Shown: piece after piece, positions 1 through 8,351 of the stretch
Numbering within the stretch: the first letter of the stretch is position 1
How the letters are laid out: each line of letters begins with the position of its first letter
Virus record (IMG/VR): IMGVR_UViG_3300017778_000538
Coordinates: 1 to 49,830 of that record
DNA: 49,830 nt
Origin: a virus
Taxonomy: Duplodnaviria > Caudoviricetes
Reading direction: 5' to 3' (one strand)
Made by a program: the position numbers and the translations under genes
The notes under the pieces: generated by a model
What the model was told of the DNA's origin: nothing
The model's input: only the letters and a program-made list of their open reading frames with translations
Database searches by the model: none

Positions 1-64
1 CAAGGTAAGGGAGAGGGTTGGTACATATTGCAGTAACCGATTAGGCGACTTAAAAGATGCTGCA

Positions 65-247
65 ATGGCATTGTTAAAACCCGACACCAAGGGAACCCGC
101 ACTACGCTAGACTTTACTGCATCAATGACTAAGATATTCACTGCCCAAGAAAAGTCGGTGAAAGTAAAACAAGGCAGGGGCGACACCACTGCCAATGGCG
201 ACAATTACAAAAAGGCAGTCGCAGCATTTTGGGCGACTTATAAGTAA
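65..247 (+). CDS. Hypothetical phage protein, probably 5'-truncated by the window edge
   Basis: ORF ends at 247 and is followed directly by an intrinsic terminator; the true start is uncertain. Confidence 0.55.
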   Translation: MALLKPDTKGTRTTLDFTASMTKIFTAQEKSVKVKQGRGDTTANGDNYKKAVAAFWATYK

Positions 248-262
248 CCCCTAGACCACACC

Positions 263-293
263 AACCCGCACCTAGCAAGTGCGGGTTTTTTTT
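263..293 (+). terminator. Rho-independent terminator
   Basis: AACCCGCAC-ctagcaa-GTGCGGGTT hairpin running into a T8 tract. Confidence 0.9.
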
Positions 294-363
294 CGCCCTC
301 CAATTTGATACCAGTTATCTAGTGCGCGCGCGCCGCGTGTGCGTGGCTGACAAGGCTCTTAAA

Positions 364-386
364 TAGCGTCCCACGTACACGTGGAA
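364..386 (+). promoter_or_regulatory. 23-nt hairpin motif, copy 1
   Basis: TAGCGTCCCACGTACACGTGGAA; near-identical copies at 1031, 2382, 4551 and 12254. Confidence 0.75.
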
Positions 387-400
387 TTTAGACAAAACCA

Positions 401-925
401 TGTTCTATATGTAAACTAGAACAAGTATAGAATTACTGGACTTATACAACTAGACTAATAGAACAAGGCTATCATCTACCGTTCTCAGAACTCACACATT
501 AAAACTACGAAAGATAGAATCTGATTTTCGCCAATGATAGAAAACAGCGCAAAATCGTTTTTGTTCTAAAAAAAAAAGTAGAACAAGGTAAAGCGAGTAG
601 AACAGAATCCGCCTTATGAATCAACGACTTACAGCGTTTGTTCTAATGTTCTACGATTTATAGGTAAAGTGACCTGACAGCGCAATTTGTGTTTTGAAAA
701 AGTTGGCAACGCAAAAGCTTCGCAGCAAATGCAAAAAAGAACTCAGCCACCCCCCATATACCCAAAATCAGTAGAACATTAGAACAAACCAATACTTATT
801 AACATTATTAAAAATATATTTTATATATATGAGAGGGAGTTTCCGACTTCGCCTATTTTTTAAGCAGCCATTTCTGTTCTATATGTAAAATAGAACAAAG
901 TCAAAAAAGTAGAACAAATAGAACA
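401..925. repeat. TAGAACA heptamer array (iteron-like), candidate origin or packaging site
   Basis: 14 exact copies: + at 417, 459, 579, 598, 772, 780, 891, 910, 919; - at 401, 562, 639, 647, 875; non-coding; includes a perfect 19-bp inverted repeat 636-654/771-789. Confidence 0.85.
619..631 (+). promoter_or_regulatory. IHF consensus site
   Basis: AATCAACGACTTA matches WATCAANNNNTTR exactly and lies in the middle of the repeat array. Confidence 0.6.
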
Positions 926-962
926 AAACCTCCACACCATATAAAATACTCATACAACACCC

Positions 963-991
963 TTGACTCAAAGGTAAAGTTGTGTTATACT
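963..991 (+). promoter_or_regulatory. Sigma70-type early promoter P1
   Basis: TTGACT-17 nt-TATACT with an extended -10 TG. Confidence 0.85.
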
Positions 992-999
992 GGAATCTG

Positions 1000-1053
1000 A
1001 GTAGGGAAATAAGTCAGCAGACTCCTTACTTAGCGTCCCACGCACACGTGGGA
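1000..1053 (+). promoter_or_regulatory. Two-hairpin leader with motif copy 2 (1031-1053)
   Basis: AGTAGGG/CCTTACT plus AGTC/GACT stems, then TCCCACG-caca-CGTGGGA. Confidence 0.6.
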
Positions 1054-1086
1054 TTTACAGTTCAATTCAGTTTTATGGAGTACACA

Positions 1087-1356
1087 ATGAGCAAGCAATT
1101 TCAGCAACCACAGCAGGTCTTTGTGCTTATGCACACAACCAAGCAGGGCAACACAACAACCCACGAACCCGTGGGAGTCTATCTAGACAAAGAGATGGCA
1201 CTGTACGATTCATGGCTCTTGACCGATGAGGACTACCACTCACGCCGAGAAGATGACGTTGATGCCCAGTACCAATACGCACCCGCCGACTACTGGGTCA
1301 AAGACTCATACCAAGTCACCGAGCGATTCAATTCGTTGGTGGCAGAAAATGCTTGA
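1087..1356 (+). CDS. Hypothetical early protein
   Basis: Start moved to ATG 1087 (GGAG at 1077-1080); the longer ORF-track start overlaps the promoter. Confidence 0.75.
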   Translation: MSKQFQQPQQVFVLMHTTKQGNTTTHEPVGVYLDKEMALYDSWLLTDEDYHSRREDDVDAQYQYAPADYWVKDSYQVTERFNSLVAENA

Positions 1357-1395
1357 CAAGCAACAGAAACATTCAGGAATAACACAGGACATAAC

Positions 1396-1632
1396 ATGAG
1401 CAAAGAAACTAATCACACACCCGAATGTATGCACTGCGGTGAGTTGTACCCCACGAAGCGGTGGGCTCTTGGATACAAGATGTGCAAGACCTGCGGTGAG
1501 ACTGCGGCACTAGTGGCTAGGCGCAGTTGGACGGTGGTGCAGGAGTACACGAAGGGGAATTACCAATTCGTAACCAGCACATCAGCAGAGAATACTTTAA
1601 AGCAAACCAACCCTAAGAACATAAGGAACTAA
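1396..1632 (+). CDS. Small zinc-finger protein
   Basis: CMHC...CKTC motif; AGGA RBS. Confidence 0.75.
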   Translation: MSKETNHTPECMHCGELYPTKRWALGYKMCKTCGETAALVARRSWTVVQEYTKGNYQFVTSTSAENTLKQTNPKNIRN

Positions 1633-1634
1633 CC

Positions 1635-1877
1635 ATGACAATATCAAAGACACCATTAAACAAAGAGGAGTTAGCAGAGTGGAACAACACGATGGCGAAA
1701 CTCTTTGACATTATGAGAGACATGGACACAGCAGAGGCTATGAATTTGATGATGCACATGGTCGCGGGCACTGCGGTTGCGAACGGCGTCACTAAAGAGA
1801 ATCTCATGGAAGGGTTGGACGTTACCTACGACACTATGGAACTTAACTGGAATTTACATAATGGGGAGATGCACTGA
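1635..1877 (+). CDS. Hypothetical protein
   Basis: AAGGA RBS; tightly packed with neighbouring genes. Confidence 0.75.
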   Translation: MTISKTPLNKEELAEWNNTMAKLFDIMRDMDTAEAMNLMMHMVAGTAVANGVTKENLMEGLDVTYDTMELNWNLHNGEMH

Positions 1878-2293
1878 TGGGATACCGTTCAGACGTAGCG
1901 TACACGATACGCTTTAGAGGGCAGAAAGAGGACGACTTCTTTCTGTTCTTAGCCGAAGCCAAATCCAAGCCCGAACTGAAGTTGGCACTGGACGAGTGCG
2001 ACATAGACACCGTGCGCAAACGGATTAACTTCAACTGTGAGAGTATTAAATGGTATGAATCAGACCTTGGGGTACAGAGTCACACGGCGCTACTGGACTT
2101 GGCAGAGGAGTGGGCTGACCATCCATCCAATGCTGAAGACCTGATAAAGAACATCGCATCAAGCGGTCGTGCCATCGGGTATGCGTTCATTCGTATGGGT
2201 GAGGAAGATGATGACGTTGAACACAGACAGGGAGGGGAGTACGAACTGGACTGGGTTGGAGTGAGGAGAGAAATCATTACCGATTGGCTGTAG
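1877..2293 (+). CDS. Hypothetical phage early protein (MGYRSDV type)
   Basis: TGATG coupling and GGAG RBS. Confidence 0.8.
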   Translation: MGYRSDVAYTIRFRGQKEDDFFLFLAEAKSKPELKLALDECDIDTVRKRINFNCESIKWYESDLGVQSHTALLDLAEEWADHPSNAEDLIKNIASSGRAIGYAFIRMGEEDDDVEHRQGGEYELDWVGVRREIITDWL

Positions 2294-2313
2294 AAAATAC
2301 CTGAGTAAAAGGC

Positions 2314-2342
2314 TTGACACATATGTCAAGTTCTGTTATACT
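2314..2342 (+). promoter_or_regulatory. Sigma70-type early promoter P2 with an overlapping palindrome
   Basis: TTGACA-17 nt-TATACT with extended TG; CTTGACA-cata-TGTCAAG inverted repeat at 2313-2330 covers the -35 box. Confidence 0.9.
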
Positions 2343-2348
2343 TATGAC

Positions 2349-2404
2349 TGGTGGGAAGAGTTCTTTAACTCGAACACTATTTAGCGTACCACGTACACGT
2401 GGAA
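2349..2404 (+). promoter_or_regulatory. Two-hairpin leader with motif copy 3 (2382-2404)
   Basis: TGGTG/CACTA plus GAGTT/AACTC stems, then CCACG-taca-CGTGG. Confidence 0.6.
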
Positions 2405-2437
2405 TTTATTATTGGTAAGTTTACTGGAGAAAGCATC

Positions 2438-3367
2438 ATGAATATGGAATTACAGCAACCTGAGAATTTAATCTCATTGGCGACATCAGCGGTTCTCGTG
2501 AGCGTGGATGTCAATGTATGGTCGGCGACCAAGCAAGACCGTGGCATCAGCAATGAAGTCACAGCAAGCAAACACGCAGTGCAGAGTGCAGGGCGTTATG
2601 TCAAGAATCTCTTGGCTGACCATCCCAAGCACAAGGCGTTGGTCAACTATCGGCAGACTATCTATAACTGGGTCAAGCGGCGCACCTATCGGTGGAACAA
2701 CAGCCAAGACCTCTTGCCGAGCATTGACGTACCCAAGTTCAAGCAGGAGTATCACGAGCATGAGGCGGCGTTCAGAAGTCTATTGGTTGAATTCCTAGCC
2801 GACTACGACAACATCGTGAGCGACATGGCGTTCAAGCAAGGTGGCATGGGCGATATGTTCAACCGCAACGACTACCCCGACAAGGCAGAACTGGCATCTA
2901 AATTTGGCGTTCGTCTTTATGTAGCAGAAGTGCCAACCAACGATTTCCGTTGCAACATCGCTAAGGACATCGCTGATGATTTGTTTGAGTCATACAAGAG
3001 TCAAGCCGAGGAAATAGTAGCCCACGTGATGGTGGAACAGCAAACAAGGTTCGTGGACGTTATGAAATCCATCAGCCATTGTTGCGGTGTAGAGGAGACA
3101 GGCGTTGACGACAACACAGGAGAAACCAAGACCAAGAAGCGCAAGATATACGACACGACCATACAGAAAGCCAAGGAGATGTGCGAGACATTCAAGGGGT
3201 TCAATCTCAGTGGTAGCGAAGAGCTAGAAGAGGCTCGAGCATCATTGGAGAAAGCCCTAGACGGTGTAGACGCAACAGCGATTCGTGAAAGCGATGCCAT
3301 CCGTTCAGCAGTGAAGGATGATGTGGACAGTATCTTGTCCAAGTTCGGCAGTTTCCAATGCGTCTAA
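2438..3367 (+). CDS. DUF3150-like helical phage protein
   Basis: Start moved to ATG 2438 (GGAG RBS); size, sequence character and position before an AAA/vWA pair fit this family. Confidence 0.6.
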   Translation: MNMELQQPENLISLATSAVLVSVDVNVWSATKQDRGISNEVTASKHAVQSAGRYVKNLLADHPKHKALVNYRQTIYNWVKRRTYRWNNSQDLLPSIDVPKFKQEYHEHEAAFRSLLVEFLADYDNIVSDMAFKQGGMGDMFNRNDYPDKAELASKFGVRLYVAEVPTNDFRCNIAKDIADDLFESYKSQAEEIVAHVMVEQQTRFVDVMKSISHCCGVEETGVDDNTGETKTKKRKIYDTTIQKAKEMCETFKGFNLSGSEELEEARASLEKALDGVDATAIRESDAIRSAVKDDVDSILSKFGSFQCV

Positions 3368-3421
3368 GCACCCGCCAAGACGTACCAATCAGTTCATCAA
3401 TAGTAAAGAAAGTTTAATATC

Positions 3422-4549
3422 ATGTCTAAAGTTCAGTTTGTAAACACAGTGTCCATCAACGAATTGCGTAAAGTGATTCCCCTAATAGGTACAGAACTCA
3501 CGCCTGTCATACAGAGCGAACCCGGTTGTGGCAAGACCTCCCTGCTAACTATGATAGCCGCAGACAACGGCGACAAGTGGCGCAGCCCGAAGGATGGCAC
3601 AGGCATTGACGGTGACAAGTACGACTATGTGTATGTGGATTGTCCAGTGAAGGATATGTCAGACATTGGTATGACTATTCCCAACCATGCGTCCAAGACC
3701 CTTGAGTATTACGTGTCCGAGTTGTTCGCCTTGAACACAGGCAAGCCCAAGGTCATCTTGCTTGACGAGTTCATGAAGTCACCGAAGTTGCTGCAAGTAA
3801 TCTTTACCCGACTCATGCTAGAGCGGATGGTAGGTGATGTGGCACTACCCGAGAAGGATGGCTTGAAGTCCGTGGTGTTTGCGACATCTAACAATGCGAG
3901 CGATGGCGTGGGCGATTCGATGCTTGCCCATGCGGGTAATCGTGTATGCGTGATGCGTATGGCAAAGCCAACGGTGGATGAGTGGTTGCAGTGGGCAGGT
4001 GAGAACGGTATCTCTCGTGTGATTCGTGCGGGTGTATCGATGTTCCCTCGTTGCATGAAGTCATACACGGAAGGCGACCAAGCAGACAACCCATACATCT
4101 TCAAACCATCAATGACGAGTCTCTCATTCGTCAGCCCTCGTTCCTTGGCGAAGTGCGATGTGATTGTCAAGAACCGTGATGAGATTGGTGAGAACGCAAC
4201 ACGAGTTGCACTGGCGGGTACGGTGGGTGCGTCCTTTGCGGGTGACTTGGCTGCATTCCTAACGCTAGAGAAATCATTGGTTGATGTCAAGACTATCTGC
4301 AAGGACCCCGATGGTGTTGAGTTACCCAAAGACATCAGCGCCCAGTTGATGATTATGTTTCTGGCAGTAGATACATTGGCGACACAGGATGAACTGACCA
4401 AGTTCATGACGTTCGTTGAGCGTATCCCATCGTCCGAAGTACAGGGTGTGTTCTTCACCATGATGATGCGTAATGCCAAATCAATTCGCTTGGCGCGTAA
4501 CAACGTGAAGATTGCTGAGTGGGCTAAGAACAACCACGAGTTGTTCTGA
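3422..4549 (+). CDS. MoxR-like AAA+ ATPase
   Basis: Walker A EPGCGKT, Walker B ILLDE, sensor ATSN, GNR arginine finger, SPRS sensor 2. Confidence 0.9.
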   Translation: MSKVQFVNTVSINELRKVIPLIGTELTPVIQSEPGCGKTSLLTMIAADNGDKWRSPKDGTGIDGDKYDYVYVDCPVKDMSDIGMTIPNHASKTLEYYVSELFALNTGKPKVILLDEFMKSPKLLQVIFTRLMLERMVGDVALPEKDGLKSVVFATSNNASDGVGDSMLAHAGNRVCVMRMAKPTVDEWLQWAGENGISRVIRAGVSMFPRCMKSYTEGDQADNPYIFKPSMTSLSFVSPRSLAKCDVIVKNRDEIGENATRVALAGTVGASFAGDLAAFLTLEKSLVDVKTICKDPDGVELPKDISAQLMIMFLAVDTLATQDELTKFMTFVERIPSSEVQGVFFTMMMRNAKSIRLARNNVKIAEWAKNNHELF

Positions 4550-4550
4550 T

Positions 4551-4573
4551 TTAAGTACCACGGTGACGTGGGA
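4551..4573 (+). promoter_or_regulatory. 23-nt hairpin motif, copy 4
   Basis: TTAAGTACCACG-gtga-CGTGGGA in the 49-nt gap between the AAA and vWA genes; GNRA loop. Confidence 0.6.
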
Positions 4574-4598
4574 TTCTATTTAACCAAGGAGAAAGCAA

Positions 4599-5897
4599 AT
4601 GACTAAAGAAAGACAAGAGACACGCGTCAAGCGTGGGCATATCGCATTGATGAAGCACGCCGAGACTGCGCTGTACTCGGGCGTAATGCTCATGGGTACG
4701 ACTGCTGTCGAGGATGGGATTTCTACGGCATACACCGATGGGGTCAACAAGAAGTATGGGCGGCAGTTCCTCGAGGGTATCACTGAAGAACCCAAGGTGC
4801 GTGGGCTCATCCTCCATGAGAATCTCCATGTAGCTTTGAAGCAGGTGATGTATGGCAAGGCGATGTTCAAGGAGAGTCCAAAGATGGCAAACCTAGCTGC
4901 TGACTTTGTTGTCAACGACATCATTGTGAATATCACTGGGACTATCGGCGGCTCGACTGAGCGAGTAGTTCAGTTGCCCGATGGTGGGGTGTATGACGAG
5001 ATGTTTCATAACTGGAGCATGAGGGAAGTGTTTAACTATCTAAAGAAGAACGCCAAGCCCAAGGACAAACCAAAGGGCAAGGGCGGTCAGAAGGGCGGGC
5101 AAAGTAACGAACCACCCGAGGGTGGGAAGCAAGATAGCGATGGTGACGATGGTACTGAGTGGGAATCGGTAGAAGTCAACGGCAAGACCTATGACCTTTC
5201 TAACTCAGACGAACATGACTTTGACCTGAGCGATGTATCGCATGAGCAGTTGAAGGACATGAACGATGCGATTGACAGAGCGTTGCGTGAGGGCGGGATG
5301 TTGGCAGGGCGCATGGGTGCGAAGATGCCACGTGCTATCTCTGACTTGCTCGAACCTAAGATTGATTGGAAGGAAGTACTACGCGAGTTTGTTTCTTCAA
5401 CCATGAGAGGCAAAGATGAGTTCACATGGCGGCGTATGAACAAGCGTCAGATGGCTAATGATATCTACCTGCCAAGCATGGAGAACGAGACTATTGGTGA
5501 AATCATTGTGGCTATCGATACCTCGGGCTCGATTGGCTCTGCTGAGATTACTGAGTTCGCTACGGAACTGGTTTCAATCTGTGACGTTGTGCAACCTGAC
5601 AAGGTGCGGGTTCTTTGGTGGGACACCGAAGTGCATGGTGAGCAAGTCTTTGAGGAGAACTACACCGACATTGCCAAACTACTAAAGCCACTGGGCGGCG
5701 GTGGAACTAACGTGTCATGTGTCAGTGAGTACGTAAATAAGCAAAACCTGCAAGCCGAATGTGTGTTGGTGTTCACCGATGGGTATCTTGAGAGTGACAT
5801 CAAGTGGAATATCAACAGCCCAACGCTATGGATGATTACCCGTAACCGACACTTCGATGCCCCAACAGGTAAGAAAGTTGTGATTGACCGTGACTGA
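4599..5897 (+). CDS. Putative metallopeptidase with C-terminal vWA domain (DUF2201-like)
   Basis: TAYTDG and HENLH (HExxH); MIDAS elements DTSGS, GGGGT and VFTDG. Confidence 0.9.
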   Translation: MTKERQETRVKRGHIALMKHAETALYSGVMLMGTTAVEDGISTAYTDGVNKKYGRQFLEGITEEPKVRGLILHENLHVALKQVMYGKAMFKESPKMANLAADFVVNDIIVNITGTIGGSTERVVQLPDGGVYDEMFHNWSMREVFNYLKKNAKPKDKPKGKGGQKGGQSNEPPEGGKQDSDGDDGTEWESVEVNGKTYDLSNSDEHDFDLSDVSHEQLKDMNDAIDRALREGGMLAGRMGAKMPRAISDLLEPKIDWKEVLREFVSSTMRGKDEFTWRRMNKRQMANDIYLPSMENETIGEIIVAIDTSGSIGSAEITEFATELVSICDVVQPDKVRVLWWDTEVHGEQVFEENYTDIAKLLKPLGGGGTNVSCVSEYVNKQNLQAECVLVFTDGYLESDIKWNINSPTLWMITRNRHFDAPTGKKVVIDRD

Positions 5898-6159
5898 AGC
5901 TGAATACTTCAAGCAGTGCCACTTTGATAACCTAATAGCAAGGAGTGAATTTATGGTTGAACTAGATTTAATCGCAACCAATCGACACCGTATGGCTAGA
6001 GAGATAGCACAGGAGTTGATAGACCAACAGCGAGGATGGACAGGCAACGACCCATATGTTTATGCACTGAGGAAACTAGCAAACAACACACAGCAACCCC
6101 AGTTATGGCGCGATGTGTTGTCATATTTGGATGAACTTGAACTCACTAAAGGAGATTGA
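5884..6159 (+). CDS. Hypothetical protein
   Basis: Fills the gap between genes; start could be TTG 5884 or GTG 5890. Confidence 0.65.
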   Translation: MTVTEAEYFKQCHFDNLIARSEFMVELDLIATNRHRMAREIAQELIDQQRGWTGNDPYVYALRKLANNTQQPQLWRDVLSYLDELELTKGD

Positions 6160-6160
6160 T

Positions 6161-7201
6161 ATGTATGGATTGAAATACGCACGGCTGATGAACATTACAA
6201 AGACCGTAGCACCGTACCGTGGCAACGTAAATAGGTTTCCTATCGGACACCGTAGACACAACACCAAATACTTTCTTGTGCGAGAGGAGAACCACGAGAG
6301 GGTCTTTGACATCGTTATCGGCACAAATTGGTCTAGCAAAGAATTCACCAAGGAAGAGTACGAGGCGTTAGTTGATTCAGAGAAGGAACTCGTTCGGACG
6401 TATCCAGCGTATGACGGAAGCGGGGTAGTGCCTGATAAGTTCACGTACTTTAGGTACTACACGACACCCCACATCATTGGCGTGGTGCGTCCTGACAATA
6501 CCTTTGAGTTCACTACCGACAAGATGCACCAAGGCGTTCGCGTGGTGCTGAGTGGGTACTCACAGGGGTGGTTACATAGCGACTCACGCAGGGGTGGGAT
6601 TGTATATAAAGAGCGGCACGGCTTGTTTCATCCGATATACAAAGGTATGCGTGTGAACTGTGAATCTATGACGCCAACCGTACCGTATGTGGTGCAGAGC
6701 AGATACGTTGACCGCAAAGTAGGCAAGGAACTACTCGCGGGGTATGCGGATATGTTCAAGACGACTGAGGTGATGCTCAAGGCTATGGAGTGGAAGACTT
6801 TTGTAGACACCATGAAGGAAGTCGTAGATGAACACTTTGAAGGACGTAGGTTGACAATGAATTGGAATGATAGTGGTGGACGAATTAAAAACGATGAGTA
6901 CCTAGACCTAGCCAAAGAGTTGACAAACACAGCACCGCTTGATGCGTTCATGATGTTCACTCTAGCGTTTGACGTTGACCGTATGAGTTGGAATATACAG
7001 CAGGATAGCAGCCGTAGTTGGGCTGACACAGAACTACCACAGTTGTTCATGGCAGTCAAGCGTAGGTTCAGTAAGGAGATGTACAAGAAGACTCCTGATG
7101 TGTTCACTGACCATCCGCAGGTGATGGGCAGAAAGTACCCTGCGAACGAGTGGGGAGTAAGAGTTGAAGTGAATGGTAAAGAAGTGGAGCAATACTCATG
7201 A
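6161..7201 (+). CDS. Hypothetical protein
   Basis: Long ORF; start moved to ATG 6161 after AAGGAG. Confidence 0.85.
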   Translation: MYGLKYARLMNITKTVAPYRGNVNRFPIGHRRHNTKYFLVREENHERVFDIVIGTNWSSKEFTKEEYEALVDSEKELVRTYPAYDGSGVVPDKFTYFRYYTTPHIIGVVRPDNTFEFTTDKMHQGVRVVLSGYSQGWLHSDSRRGGIVYKERHGLFHPIYKGMRVNCESMTPTVPYVVQSRYVDRKVGKELLAGYADMFKTTEVMLKAMEWKTFVDTMKEVVDEHFEGRRLTMNWNDSGGRIKNDEYLDLAKELTNTAPLDAFMMFTLAFDVDRMSWNIQQDSSRSWADTELPQLFMAVKRRFSKEMYKKTPDVFTDHPQVMGRKYPANEWGVRVEVNGKEVEQYS

Positions 7202-7398
7202 GCCAAGAAATTACGGTAGAGAAGCGTGATGTATATGGACAAACAAAGTATTACCCCAAGTGTAATAACGCAAAACTGTTCGCAGCAATAGCGGGTACGA
7301 AGACGCTTACTGAGCAAACAATCATAAGCACCGTAGCGTTGGGTTACAAAGTAAACATTGTGTCTAGTGTTGATAAATTTTTAGGAGAAATAGCATGA
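7198..7398 (+). CDS. Small conserved phage protein
   Basis: ATGA overlaps at both ends; VYG..YYP.C..AKLFA.IAGTKTLT pattern. Confidence 0.8.
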   Translation: MSQEITVEKRDVYGQTKYYPKCNNAKLFAAIAGTKTLTEQTIISTVALGYKVNIVSSVDKFLGEIA

Positions 7399-8351
7399 CA
7401 GTAGAAAGATACTTCCTTGATGGGTACAGAGACGAAGCCCTTTACGATGAGTTGAAAGCCTCAGATACGTTCCCACTGGTGCGTGAACTCGAATTTAAGT
7501 ATGGGCTGAAAGTATTCCGCAAGATAACAACACGCACAGTACAGACCTACGACCAAGTACCTGCATGGATGATGTGCCATAAGAATGGTTTGGCTGTTGG
7601 TGTGGCGTACACCCACAACAAAGGAGGCAAGGACGCAGACCAACTAGAGTATTGTTTCCAGACACCATACTTTAGTAAGGAGCGTGGCAAGTCTACTTCT
7701 GATAAGGAGACTATGCGTAGTGCAAAAGTATCAGCACTCATGGCTGCGGTAAAACGCTACCATGTAATCCCTACCGCACAAGGATTAATGGATAGAAAAC
7801 TTGGCAGCTTTAGGTCTGCTAAGACTATCTTAAACCGAGGGCTAGGCGATACTAATAAACGCAATGATTTCACTGCGGAGGAAGTGCAAGTACTTTTAGC
7901 TAACTTACTAGGTAGAAACACTGATGGTAATTTCTTAGGAACACTACAAAATAAATGTATAGAAACGCTTGACAAATACGAAGAAGCCGATAGACTGATG
8001 CAGTTAAAAGTTGATGAAGCTAATCGCTTGTTCACTAACCCATTCTATGTAGTGGGCGTTGATGAGTTTGGTGACTTCATTATTGGTGCGTACAAAGCAA
8101 CAGACAAAACACAAGAGGACTATGAAGCCGTTATACCGCTTATGCGTTACCGCACTTACCAAGAAGTGCCTGACCTTATCCCTATCATGACTATGATAAA
8201 ACTAGCGTATGAAAATGCAGGTGAGTCAATCAAAGGTGGTTGCTTACCGCTTATTGATAAGTACAACGAGTCGCTTGATACGGTGTTCTTTTATGACAGG
8301 GGCGTTGACAGATACAACCAAACTTTTATGGTAACCCCATGCCCCATCTGA
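7395..8351 (+). CDS. Hypothetical protein
   Basis: 318-aa ORF with AGGAG RBS. Confidence 0.85.
   Translation: MTVERYFLDGYRDEALYDELKASDTFPLVRELEFKYGLKVFRKITTRTVQTYDQVPAWMMCHKNGLAVGVAYTHNKGGKDADQLEYCFQTPYFSKERGKSTSDKETMRSAKVSALMAAVKRYHVIPTAQGLMDRKLGSFRSAKTILNRGLGDTNKRNDFTAEEVQVLLANLLGRNTDGNFLGTLQNKCIETLDKYEEADRLMQLKVDEANRLFTNPFYVVGVDEFGDFIIGAYKATDKTQEDYEAVIPLMRYRTYQEVPDLIPIMTMIKLAYENAGESIKGGCLPLIDKYNESLDTVFFYDRGVDRYNQTFMVTPCPI

Noticed and set aside
401-925. CRISPR array
   Set aside because: The repeats are only 7 bp, occur in both orientations and are irregularly spaced, with no repeat-spacer periodicity.
982-1086. N-terminal extensions in the ORF track (982, also 2399, 6113, 9054, 15308, 39872, 47815)
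   Set aside because: They overlap promoters, leaders or neighbouring genes; downstream starts have better RBS or stop-start coupling.
1353-1381. Third sigma70 promoter at TTGACA 1353
   Set aside because: No acceptable -10 hexamer at 16-18 nt spacing; the TTGA includes the upstream stop codon.
3709-4533. Long antisense ORFs (e.g. 3709-4533, 6628-7317, 18256-18945, 32295-32978, 37828-38502)
   Set aside because: They lie fully opposite well-supported genes, have no recognisable motifs and conflict with the two-arm strand organisation.
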